This document shows positions 12,039 to 26,030 of a stretch of 64,000 nucleotides of DNA, piece by piece. Made by a program: the position numbers and the translations under genes. The stretch comes from Vicinamibacterales bacterium (GTDB lineage: Bacteria > Acidobacteriota > Vicinamibacteria > Vicinamibacterales > SCN-69-37). The DNA is taken from assembly GCA_035633215.1 (NCBI GenBank), contig DASQFI010000045.1, positions 76,316-140,315 on the forward strand. Reading direction: 5' to 3'. The notes below the pieces were generated by a model that was given only the letters and a program-made list of their open reading frames with translations, did not search any database and was not told the origin of the DNA. How positions within the stretch are numbered: the stretch's first letter is position 1; each line of letters begins with the position of its first letter.

Positions 12039-12230
12039 ATGTCCGTGTGGAGAATCGTCCTGATCGTCCTGATCACGTTCCTGGTCACGGCGACGATGAT
12101 GCCGATGGTGCTCGTCGGCGTGCCGGCCGCGCGCGACGAGACGGTCGGAGTGTCGATCATGGGCGGGATCATGATCGTGGTGTTCGCGGGGATCTGGTTC
12201 GTCTGGGCGAAATTCGGCGCGCGGAGGTAG
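12039..12230 (+). CDS. Small hypothetical membrane protein (two predicted TM helices)
   Basis: GGGAGG 6 nt upstream of ATG 12039. Two hydrophobic helices. Followed directly by a strong hairpin. Confidence 0.5.
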   Translation: MSVWRIVLIVLITFLVTATMMPMVLVGVPAARDETVGVSIMGGIMIVVFAGIWFVWAKFGARR

Positions 12231-12232
12231 GC

Positions 12233-12263
12233 CCCGGCTGGCGGCGCGAAGCCGCCAGCCGGG
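12233..12263 (+). terminator. 13-bp GC hairpin immediately after TAG stop
   Basis: cccggctggcggc-gcgaa-gccgccagccggg. No T-tract. Confidence 0.5.
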
Positions 12264-12398
12264 CGCGGCGGTCGGGACCTCGGCCGCCATCCTCGGCCGA
12301 CATCCTCGGCCGCCATCCTTGACCCTCCGCCGAACGCGATAGTACGTTGTACGGCCCTGCCGCGCTGGCGACGTCGCCACGCGGTCAGCCTTTCGCCC

Positions 12399-13529
12399 AT
12401 GTCGTCCAGCCCGGCCGCGCTGAAGAAAACCCCGCTGAATAACCGCCACCGCGCCAGTGGCGGCCGAATGGTCGAGTTTGCCGGCTGGGAGATGCCGGTC
12501 GAGTACACGGGCATCTCCGATGAGCACCTGGCGGTCCGCACCCGAGCCGGGCTGTTCGACGTGAGCCACATGGGCGAGATCGAGATCGCCGGAACCGACG
12601 CGCTCTCGCTCGTCCAGGTCCTGACGAGCAACGACGCCTCACGGCTCTCCGTGGGGCAGGCGCAGTACTCCGCGCTCATGACGCCCACCGGGACGTTCGT
12701 AGACGATGTGCTGGTATATCGGTTGGCGGACGACCACTACATGCTGGTCGTCAACGCCGGCAACATCGTGAAGGACTACGACTGGATCGCCGCCGAGGGC
12801 CGCAAACGCGGCGGTGATACCGCGGTCGTGAACGCCAGCTCCCGGTACGCGCTGATCGCGCTGCAGGGACCGGAAGCCCAATCCGTCTTGCAGAGTCTGA
12901 CCGCCATCGACCTCTCGGCGATCAAATACTACTGGTTCAGCCACGGGGAAGTCGCCGGAGTTCGCGTCACGGTCTCGCGGACGGGGTACACCGGCGAGGA
13001 TGGGTTCGAAATCTTCGTCCCTCCCGCGCTCGCCGAACGCGTCTGGGCCGCGCTGCTCGATGCCGGCCGCACGGTGGACCTGCGGGCCTGCGGCCTGGGC
13101 GCGCGCGACACTCTGCGGCTCGAAGCCGCGATGCGCCTCTACGGCAACGACATGGACGACCAGACGACCGTCCTCGAGGCGGGGCTCGGGTGGATTGTCG
13201 GCTGGCAAAAGAGCGATTTCCTGGGCGCCGAACGGCTGCGCGAGCAGAAGGCGAACGGGCTGGAGCGCAAGCTCGTCGCTTTCGAAATGCAGGGGCGCGC
13301 GATCGCGCGGCACGGCTATCCGGTCCTGGACGGCGACACGCCGGTCGGCGTCGTCACCAGCGGCACCCACACGCCGTTTCTCAAGAAAGCGATCGGCTTT
13401 GCGATGGTGCCGGCGACGATGTCGGCCGTGGGCACGCCGCTCGACGTCGAGATTCGCGGCCGGAAAGGGCGCGGCCAGGTCGTGCCCGAGCCGTTCTACA
13501 AGCGGCCGAAGAAACCGGCGGTCAGGTAG
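12399..13529 (+). CDS. gcvT: Glycine cleavage system aminomethyltransferase T
   Basis: KKTPLNNRHRASGGRMVEFAGWEMPVEY...DVSHMGEIEI. Length 376 aa. Followed by gcvH and gcvP. Confidence 0.95.
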   Translation: MSSSPAALKKTPLNNRHRASGGRMVEFAGWEMPVEYTGISDEHLAVRTRAGLFDVSHMGEIEIAGTDALSLVQVLTSNDASRLSVGQAQYSALMTPTGTFVDDVLVYRLADDHYMLVVNAGNIVKDYDWIAAEGRKRGGDTAVVNASSRYALIALQGPEAQSVLQSLTAIDLSAIKYYWFSHGEVAGVRVTVSRTGYTGEDGFEIFVPPALAERVWAALLDAGRTVDLRACGLGARDTLRLEAAMRLYGNDMDDQTTVLEAGLGWIVGWQKSDFLGAERLREQKANGLERKLVAFEMQGRAIARHGYPVLDGDTPVGVVTSGTHTPFLKKAIGFAMVPATMSAVGTPLDVEIRGRKGRGQVVPEPFYKRPKKPAVR

Positions 13530-13624
13530 GGCGGACTGGTCTCTAAGTCCGCCACGTACGGCGGGTAGCACTAGAATAAGTGGATCGTTCCGGGAACCCA
13601 CGGCCCGCAGGGCAGGACATCCGC

Positions 13625-13996
13625 ATGTATCCAACCGATTTGAAATACACGAAAGACCACGAATGGGTCCGGCTGCAGGATGGCGAAGCCGCGGTCGGCA
13701 TCACGGACTTCGCGCAGCGCCAGCTGGGCGACGTGGTGTTCGTCGAGCTGCCCGACGTCGGGCGCACGCTGAAGCAGGGCGAGGCCTTCGGGACGATTGA
13801 GTCGGTCAAGGCGGTCTCCGAGCTCTTCTCGCCGGTCTCGGGCGAGGTCGTCGCGGTCAATCCCGATCTGGCGAACCACCCCGAGACGGTAAACGCCAAG
13901 CCGCACGAGACCTGGATGATTCGCCTCAAGCCGAACGCGGTCGCCGAAGCCGACGCGCTGCTCGATGCCGCGGCCTATAACAACCTGACCAAGTAG
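13625..13996 (+). CDS. gcvH: Glycine cleavage system H protein (lipoyl carrier)
   Basis: [17 protein letters not shown]...; lipoyl-lysine context [20 protein letters not shown] 13625 lies within track ORF 13580..13996. Confidence 0.95.
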   Translation: MYPTDLKYTKDHEWVRLQDGEAAVGITDFAQRQLGDVVFVELPDVGRTLKQGEAFGTIESVKAVSELFSPVSGEVVAVNPDLANHPETVNAKPHETWMIRLKPNAVAEADALLDAAAYNNLTK

Positions 13997-13998
13997 AC

Positions 13999-16899
<2,901 letters not shown>

Positions 16900-16973
16900 G
16901 GTGTGACGCACGTCCTGGCACTCACCCCGCCAGACACGCGCTTTTCTTCACTTCCTGCACCCCTTCACTCCCT

Positions 16974-17864
16974 TCATGTCCTCTTTCTGAATGCCGCTAA
17001 CAGCCGCTTCGTCATCTCCCCTGGCTTCCCGTCCCCGATCGTCTGGTCGCTGACGGCGATCACGGGCGTCACCTCGCGCGTCGTGCCCGTGATGAACGCC
17101 TCCTGCACGCGCTCGAGATCGGCCGGTGTCAGCCGGGACTCGCCCCCGGAAATCCCCAGCTCGGCCGCGAGCTCGAGCACCAACTCCCGTGTGATGCCAG
17201 GCAGGAGGCCCGCCGAGAGCGGCGGCGTGAGCACGCGGCCGTCGCGGACGACGAAAAAGTTCGACTGCGAGCACTCGACCAGCTCGCCGGCCTGATTCTG
17301 CATGAGCGCCTCTTCGGCACCCTGGCGCAGCGCCTCCTGCATCGCCAGCGCGTTGTTGATGAGGTTGTTCGACTTGATCATGGGGTTCAGCGCCTGCGGG
17401 TGATTGCGGCGCACGCTCACCAGCGCGAGCTTGATGCCCTGCGAGAACGTCCGTTCGGGCGGGACGGGAAAGGGCTTCACGATGATCACGAGCGACGGCT
17501 TCGGCGTGGCCGCCGGGTTGTAGGTCAGCTCGCCGACGCCGCGCGTGAGCAGGACGCGGATGTACGCCTCCGCGTCCTGGCCACCGGAGCCTTGGCCGAG
17601 GTGGCTGGCGAGCTCCGGATGCGCCGCGACCGTCTCGTCGATCCGCGCGTGCAGCTCGGCGTCCGAGAACGGCACGTCGAGCGCCATCAGCGACGCCGAC
17701 TGGCGCAACCGACGCATGTGGCGGTCGAACAGGAACGGCCGCCGTTGGTAGGTCCGGAGCGTCTCGTACACGCCCTCGCCGTAGAGAAACCCGTGGTCGA
17801 ACACCGGCACCGACGCGTGCTCGGCGTCGGCGATCTTTCCGTTCACGTAGACGACTGCGCTCAT
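16974..17864 (-). CDS. Class IV (branched-chain / D-amino-acid) aminotransferase family protein
   Basis: VPVFDHGFLYGEGVYETLRTY, catalytic-Lys region IKSNNLINNALA, 296 aa. Confidence 0.85.
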   Translation of the reverse strand: MSAVVYVNGKIADAEHASVPVFDHGFLYGEGVYETLRTYQRRPFLFDRHMRRLRQSASLMALDVPFSDAELHARIDETVAAHPELASHLGQGSGGQDAEAYIRVLLTRGVGELTYNPAATPKPSLVIIVKPFPVPPERTFSQGIKLALVSVRRNHPQALNPMIKSNNLINNALAMQEALRQGAEEALMQNQAGELVECSQSNFFVVRDGRVLTPPLSAGLLPGITRELVLELAAELGISGGESRLTPADLERVQEAFITGTTREVTPVIAVSDQTIGDGKPGEMTKRLLAAFRKRT

Positions 17865-17890
17865 AGTGGCGCCGCTATTCTAAAGAGAAA

Positions 17891-17975
17891 CCGGGGGGCT
17901 TCGCCCCGCCGGACCCCCCATCGCCGTCGCTCGCGGGGCCCCATACGCCCGCTCCGCTCCGGCGGGCGCGCCCTT
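17891..17975 (+). repeat. GC-rich ~85-nt intergenic repeat, copy C of 3
   Basis: ccggggggcttcgccccgccggaccccccatcgccgtcgctcgcggggccccatacgcccgctccgctcc... aligns to 4858-4945 and to the reverse complement of 32805-32889. Confidence 0.6.
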
Positions 17976-18018
17976 GGCGCGCGTGGCGACCGCGCATGGT
18001 ACTCTCCTTTCCCTCATC

Positions 18019-19596
18019 ATGCGCGTGCTGAACAGCCGGCAGATGCGCGACGCCGACCGCCGGACCATCGAAGACCTCGGCATTCCCTCCCTCCAGCTCA
18101 TGGAAACCGCGGGCCGGCAGGTCGTCGCGGCGATGGAGGCGGGCTTCGAGCGGCTGCCGTCGATGCGCGTCGCGGTGCTGTGCGGCAAGGGCAACAACGG
18201 AGGCGACGGGTTCGTCGTCGCCCGCACCCTGTTCGACAGAAAGGTCTATGCTCGCGCGTTCCTGATCGGCCAGATCGCGGACGTCAAAGGGGACGCGCGA
18301 ACGAACCTCGATCGTCTGCGGACCCTCGGCGCCGATGTCGTGGAAATCGCCGACGCTCGAGCGTGGGCCGAGCAGCGGACCGGCATCCTCGACTCCGACC
18401 TGATCGTCGACGCGCTCGTCGGGACGGGCCTGAACGCGCCACTCACAGGCCTCCTGAGCACGGTCGTCGCCGACGTGAACGGGAGTGGCCGGCCCGTCGT
18501 CGCAATCGATGTCCCGAGCGGGCTGTCAGCGGATTCCCACGAGCCGATCGGTCCGGCGATCCAGGCGAGCCTGACCGTGACGCTGGCGACGCCCAAACTT
18601 CCCCTGGTGCTGCCGCCCGCCGAGGCGCTCGCGGGGAGGCTCGCGGTGGCCGACATCGGCATCCCGCCTGAGGCCATCGCCGGCGTCGACGGCCCGTGGA
18701 TCGAGATGCTCACGACGGACGCGATGCGCGGGCTGGTGACGCCGCGCGCGTCCGCTGGGCACAAGGGCGACTACGGGCGCGTGCTCGTCGTGGCCGGCTC
18801 TCGCGGAAAGACGGGGGCGGCGGCGCTCTCGGCGATCGCGGCGCTTCGATCCGGCGCGGGACTCGTCACGGTCGCGACGCCGGCGAGCTGTCTGCCGATC
18901 ATCGCGTCGCTTGGCGCCGAATACATGACCGAACCGCTGGACGAGAGCGACGATGGCACCGTGGCGTCGAGCGCCGTCGATCGGATTCTCGAAATCAACG
19001 CGGACGTTCTGGCGATCGGTCCGGGTCTCGGTCAGTCGCCATCCGCGCGCGCGGTCGCGCAGGCGGTCGTCGAGCGCGCCCGCGTCCCGATCGTCGTCGA
19101 TGCGGACGGACTGAATGCCTTCGTCGACGAGGCCGATCGGCTCAAAGGCCGGCCGGACGCGCCGATCGTGATCACTCCGCATCCAGGAGAAATGGCGCGA
19201 CTGACGGGCCTCTCGATCGAGGCCGTCCAGGCGCGGCGTCTCGAGGTGGCACAAGAGTTCGCCGCCGCGCATCGTGTGTGCGTGGTCCTCAAAGGCCACC
19301 GCACCGTGATCGCGTCGCCGGACGGGAAGACGTACATCAACATGACGGGCAATCCCGGCATGGCCACGGGCGGGACGGGAGATGTACTCACTGGCGCGAT
19401 CGCGGCCTGGATCGGCCAGCTCGGGGACGTCGAGAAGGCGACGACGCTCGCGGTTCACCTGCACGGGCTGGCCGGCGATCTCGCAGCGGCCGACCAGGGT
19501 GAAGTCGGGATGATCGCCGGCGACGTCGCGGCGCGGCTCGGCGCGGCCGTGCTCGTGCTCACCGGACGCCGCCAGGGGGCATCATCGAAGCCGTGA
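18019..19596 (+). CDS. nnr: Bifunctional NAD(P)H-hydrate repair enzyme (epimerase + ADP-dependent dehydratase), YjeF family
   Basis: N-terminal YjeF_N (VLCGKGNNGGDGFVVAR), C-terminal carbohydrate-kinase domain (GNPGMATGGTGDVLTG). ATG 18019 lies within track ORF 17974..19596. Confidence 0.9.
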   Translation: MRVLNSRQMRDADRRTIEDLGIPSLQLMETAGRQVVAAMEAGFERLPSMRVAVLCGKGNNGGDGFVVARTLFDRKVYARAFLIGQIADVKGDARTNLDRLRTLGADVVEIADARAWAEQRTGILDSDLIVDALVGTGLNAPLTGLLSTVVADVNGSGRPVVAIDVPSGLSADSHEPIGPAIQASLTVTLATPKLPLVLPPAEALAGRLAVADIGIPPEAIAGVDGPWIEMLTTDAMRGLVTPRASAGHKGDYGRVLVVAGSRGKTGAAALSAIAALRSGAGLVTVATPASCLPIIASLGAEYMTEPLDESDDGTVASSAVDRILEINADVLAIGPGLGQSPSARAVAQAVVERARVPIVVDADGLNAFVDEADRLKGRPDAPIVITPHPGEMARLTGLSIEAVQARRLEVAQEFAAAHRVCVVLKGHRTVIASPDGKTYINMTGNPGMATGGTGDVLTGAIAAWIGQLGDVEKATTLAVHLHGLAGDLAAADQGEVGMIAGDVAARLGAAVLVLTGRRQGASSKP

Positions 19597-20012
19597 GCGT
19601 TCGCATCACGGCGTCCGAAGCCGAAACGATCGCCGCGGGCCGCGAGCTCGGGTTGGGTCTGTCGCCCAGCGCGGTCGTCCTGCTCGAGGGCCCGCTCGGT
19701 GCGGGCAAGACCGCCTTCGTCCGCGGGCTCGCGATCGGTCTCGGCTGCGATGGCGACGACGTCTCGAGCCCGACGTTTACGATCGTTCAGGAGTACCGCG
19801 GCCGCGTGACGCTGCAGCACGTCGACCTGTATCGGCTGGGTCCCGCCGAAGTCGCCGACCTGGCGCTCGAGGACCTGATGGACGGCACCGTCGTCGCCGT
19901 CGAGTGGCCCGATCGCTGGCGCGAGGCGCCGGCCGACGCGATTGTCGTGAAGATCCAGCCTCTCGACGGCGACCGCCGTCAGATTGAGATCTCCGAAGCT
20001 CAAGAAGTCTGA
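19593..20012 (+). CDS. tsaE: tRNA t6A37 biosynthesis ATPase TsaE (YjeE)
   Basis: P-loop GPLGAGKTAFVRG, SPTFTIVQEY, HVDLYRL. GTGA overlap with nnr stop. Confidence 0.9.
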   Translation: MSVRITASEAETIAAGRELGLGLSPSAVVLLEGPLGAGKTAFVRGLAIGLGCDGDDVSSPTFTIVQEYRGRVTLQHVDLYRLGPAEVADLALEDLMDGTVVAVEWPDRWREAPADAIVVKIQPLDGDRRQIEISEAQEV

Positions 20013-20033
20013 ACTCCGAGGTTCGAAGTTCAG
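20009..20033. terminator. Short hairpin between convergent tsaE and guaB
   Basis: ctgaact-ccgaggttcga-agttcag (7-bp stem). Shares the TTCGAAGTTCAG motif with 25975-26008. Confidence 0.35.
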
Positions 20034-20039
20034 GCTGCG

Positions 20040-21587
20040 TCATTCGACGCGGTAGTTCGGGGCTTCCTTGGTGATGATGACGTCGTGGACGTGTCCTTCG
20101 CGGAACCCCGCGGCCGTGACGCGCCGGAGCTGGACATCGCGTTGGAGGGCCGCCACGTTGGCGCACCCGCAGTAGCCCATGCCGGCGCGAAGACCGCCGA
20201 TCAGCTGGTGGATCATCGCGGCCACGCTGCCTTTGTGGGCCACGCGTCCCTCGATGCCTTCGGGCACGAGCTTGTTCGAGGACTCGGGATGGCTGCTGTC
20301 GAGGTCGAACTCGTCCTGGAAGTACCGGTCTCGGCTGCCGCGGCGCATCGCGCCGATGGATCCCATGCCGCGGTACTCCTTGAAGCTCCGGCCCTGATAC
20401 AGGATGATCTCGCCCGGGCTCTCGTCCGTGCCCGCGAACAGGCTTCCAATCATCGCGGCGCTCGCGCCGACCGCCATCGCCTTCGTGATGTCCCCCGAGT
20501 AGCGAATCCCGCCGTCGGCGATGATCGGGATGTCGCGCTCGGCGGCCGCCTGCGCGCATTCGGCGATCGCCGTGATCATCGGCACGCCGATGCCGGCCAC
20601 CACCCGCGTCGTGCAGATCGATCCGGCGCCGATGCCGACTTTCACCGCGTCCACGCCGCGATCGATCAGCGCCCGCGTGGCCGCGGCGGTCGCGACGTTC
20701 CCCGCGATCAGATCCATGTCCGGATAGCGCTCGCGCAGGCGCGCCACCATGTCGAGCACGCCCTGCGAGTGACCGTGCGCCGTGTCGATCACGAGCACGT
20801 CCACGTGTGCGTGCACCAGCGCGTCGGCGCGGTCGAACGTGTCGGCGCTGACACCCACGGCCGCGCCCACGCGCAGCCGTCCGAGCGCGTCCTTGCACGC
20901 GTTCGGATACTTGATCAGCTTCTGGATGTCCTTGACGGTGATCAGGCCCTTCAGCCGGAAGTCCGCGTCGACGACGAGCAGTTTCTCCACTTTGTGGAGA
21001 TGAAACATCTCGCGCGCCTGGTCGAGCGTCGTGCCGACCGGCACGGTCACCAGCTGCTCGCGCGTCATGATCTCCGAAATCGGCCGATCGACCTGGCTCT
21101 CGAACCGAAGGTCGCGATTGGTCAGGATGCCGACGAGCCGGCCTTCCTTGCTTCCATCTTCCGTGATCGGCACGCCGCTGATGCGGTAGCGCTTCATCAG
21201 ATCGAGCGCTTCGAAGATCCGGTGCCGGGGTGAGAGCGTGATCGGGTTGACGATCATCCCGCTCTCCGATCGCTTCACGCGATCGATTTCCGACGCCTGC
21301 TCCTCGACGCTCAAGTTCTTGTGGACGACGCCGAGGCCGCCTTGCTGGGCCATGGCAATCGCCAGCCGGTTTTCGGTGACGGTGTCCATCGCCGCGCTGA
21401 GCAGCGGCACGTTCAATCGGATGCGGCGGGTGAGGCGGGAGCTCACGTCCACCTGGCTCGGCAGCACGCGTGAGTGCTGCGGCACGAGCAGGACGTCGTC
21501 GAACGTCAGGGCTTCGGTGAGACCGTTTGCGATTTGTTTCGCCGCCGCCAGCCGCTCGGCTTCAATCAGCGCAGTGTCTTTGGGCAC
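20040..21587 (-). CDS. guaB: IMP dehydrogenase
   Basis: [14 protein letters not shown] pair, catalytic loop [21 protein letters not shown]. Start uncertain: GTG 21587 follows GAGG, while the track start GTG 21614 lies inside an inverted repeat. Confidence 0.92.
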   Translation of the reverse strand: MPKDTALIEAERLAAAKQIANGLTEALTFDDVLLVPQHSRVLPSQVDVSSRLTRRIRLNVPLLSAAMDTVTENRLAIAMAQQGGLGVVHKNLSVEEQASEIDRVKRSESGMIVNPITLSPRHRIFEALDLMKRYRISGVPITEDGSKEGRLVGILTNRDLRFESQVDRPISEIMTREQLVTVPVGTTLDQAREMFHLHKVEKLLVVDADFRLKGLITVKDIQKLIKYPNACKDALGRLRVGAAVGVSADTFDRADALVHAHVDVLVIDTAHGHSQGVLDMVARLRERYPDMDLIAGNVATAAATRALIDRGVDAVKVGIGAGSICTTRVVAGIGVPMITAIAECAQAAAERDIPIIADGGIRYSGDITKAMAVGASAAMIGSLFAGTDESPGEIILYQGRSFKEYRGMGSIGAMRRGSRDRYFQDEFDLDSSHPESSNKLVPEGIEGRVAHKGSVAAMIHQLIGGLRAGMGYCGCANVAALQRDVQLRRVTAAGFREGHVHDVIITKEAPNYRVE

Positions 21588-21610
21588 GGCAACCTCTAAT
21601 ATCCCGGAAA

Positions 21611-21681
21611 GCACTTGACGTGACGTGGTCGGCTGCGCCGGAGCTCCTGAAAAGCCGCGGATACCACGTCACGTCACGTGC
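21611..21681. promoter_or_regulatory. 19-bp inverted repeat rich in ACGT/CACGTG between secA stop and guaB start
   Basis: gcacttgacgtgacgtggt (21611-21629) pairs with accacgtcacgtcacgtgc (21663-21681), 18/19 complementary, 33-nt spacer. Confidence 0.5.
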
Positions 21682-21688
21682 TTTCCTT

Positions 21689-24637
<2,949 letters not shown>

Positions 24638-24782
24638 GCGGGCGGCCAGCGACGCGTGTGCCCGACGCGGAGGGCGAAGCGAACCCCTACAGTCGGCTCA
24701 ACAGCGCCGTGGGTAATCCAGCGATTGTATCAAAGACCTCGGGTTTGGTTTTTTCCGTCTTGGCTCGAAAAACGAAACCCGA

Positions 24783-24882
24783 GAGCCGTTCTCACGTCCA
24801 CATCGTGCAGAGCCGGCGAGGATCGCGAGACATTCGGCCGAAATCCGACCAGGTGCCCGCCAGAGGAACGTGAGAACGGCTC
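24783..24882. repeat. MITE-like 100-nt palindromic element, copy 2 of 4
   Basis: GAGCCGTTCTCACGTCC ... GGAACGTGAGAACGGCTC, flanked by GA/GA. Begins 6 nt past the stop of the M23 peptidase gene (minus strand) and sits in the secA 5' region. Confidence 0.75.
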
Positions 24883-24888
24883 GAGGTC

Positions 24889-25803
24889 TTATGGTCTGGC
24901 GAGTAGCCGAAGCGGGTTGATCGGCTGGCCGTTCAGGAGGATTTCGTAGTGCAGGTGTGTGTTCGTCGCGCGGCCGGTGGAGCCGACGAAACCGACGACA
25001 TCACCGCGCTTGACCGTCTGTCCGGACCGGACCGCGAAGCGCGACAGGTGTCCGAACCGCGTGGCGATCCCGAAGCCGTGGCTGATCAAGACGGCATTGC
25101 CGTAGTTGCCGGCGTAGTCGGCCGACTCGATCTTGCCGTCGGCGGTGGCTTTCACGGGCGTGCCGTGGTCGGTCGAGATGTCGAGCCCGGAATGGAAATC
25201 CGGACGGCCGGTGAACGGATCCGGCCGCATGCCGAAGCCCGACGTGAGCCAGCGCGGAATCAGCGGCCAGATCGACGGCGTCGCGCGCGCGAGCGCCTGC
25301 TGGCCTTCGATCTTCGTCCTGACGGTCGCGAGGCGATCCTCGAGGACGCCGAGCAAATCGCTCAGGATGCCGAACGTGCTCTCGGGTGATCCGTTGACGG
25401 CGCGCGCGAGCGTAGGATCGACGCGCGTGGCGCCGCCGCCCATCGCCCGGCCGCGCAGCAGCTGCGGCAGCTTGTCGAGGGCGGCCTTGGTCGTCGGGTC
25501 GAGCTGCGATTGCTCGCTGAGCTGTGTGAGGACGGTCTGGAGCGACGCGACCTGGCCGGTCAGCTCGCCCGTGGCTTCACGGTAGCTCTCGTTTTCGAGG
25601 CGGAGGATTTCGTTGGTGAGACGCAGTCCGGCAAGCTCGGCCTCGCCGGCGGTCTTGGCGCCGAGCCCAAGGAGCAGGGGCGTCGTGATGAGGCCCACGG
25701 CCGAAATCAGGGCCAGCACGCCGACCCGGCGGCTGATGGAAAACCGCCGTACGGCCCCTGTCTTTCGGTTCGCGATCAGGATCGAATAGCGTGTCGAGCG
25801 CAT
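24889..25803 (-). CDS. M23-family (LytM-type) metallopeptidase with N-terminal TM and coiled coil
   Basis: HSGLDIS...; HLHYEILLNGQPINP. Coiled-coil segment ELAGLRLTNEILRLENESYREATGEL. Confidence 0.9.
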   Translation of the reverse strand: MRSTRYSILIANRKTGAVRRFSISRRVGVLALISAVGLITTPLLLGLGAKTAGEAELAGLRLTNEILRLENESYREATGELTGQVASLQTVLTQLSEQSQLDPTTKAALDKLPQLLRGRAMGGGATRVDPTLARAVNGSPESTFGILSDLLGVLEDRLATVRTKIEGQQALARATPSIWPLIPRWLTSGFGMRPDPFTGRPDFHSGLDISTDHGTPVKATADGKIESADYAGNYGNAVLISHGFGIATRFGHLSRFAVRSGQTVKRGDVVGFVGSTGRATNTHLHYEILLNGQPINPLRLLARP

Positions 25804-25900
25804 TCAGTAAATGTTGCCCATACCCCCTGACGAGGCTCGTCTCAGCCGGGCAAACTCAAGGACCTTACCACAGGGGGCCAAGACCAGCCAACCCCATTTA

Positions 25901-26008
25901 TGAACTTCGAACTTAGAACTTCAAACTTCGAACTTACAGCTTTCGGACTCCAGCCAAAACACAGGGATTCTGCGTTTCGAAGTTCCAAGTTCGACGTTCT
26001 CAGTTCAG
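25901..26008. repeat. Opposed arrays of heptamer repeats (NGAACTT x5 ... AAGTTCN x4)
   Basis: tgaactt cgaactt agaactt caaactt cgaactt (25901-25935), then ~30 nt spacer, then agttcca agttcga cgttctc agttcag (25981-26008). Together they form an imperfect long palindrome upstream of the M23 peptidase gene. Confidence 0.7.
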
Positions 26009-26030
26009 GTTGCTGATCGTCAGCAACCTG
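26006..26030 (-). terminator. 10-bp hairpin abutting the comM stop codon
   Basis: caggttgctg-atcgt-cagcaacctg. Same stem as 9880-9910. Confidence 0.45.

Noticed and set aside
12264-12398. Expected glycine riboswitch upstream of gcvT.
   Set aside because: I could not find the conserved glycine-aptamer cores (GGAGAG...CACCGAAGGGGCAA-like) on reading the 135-nt leader. An Rfam scan would be decisive, but nothing visible supports it.
24739-24780. A/T-containing 14-bp hairpin (cgggtttggttttt...aaaaacgaaacccg) in the secA leader as a secM-like or riboswitch regulator.
   Set aside because: There is no small leader ORF and no conserved motif I can recognise. It adjoins MITE-like copy 2 and may be a terminator for the upstream peptidase gene. 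It is noted here but not supported as a distinct regulatory feature.
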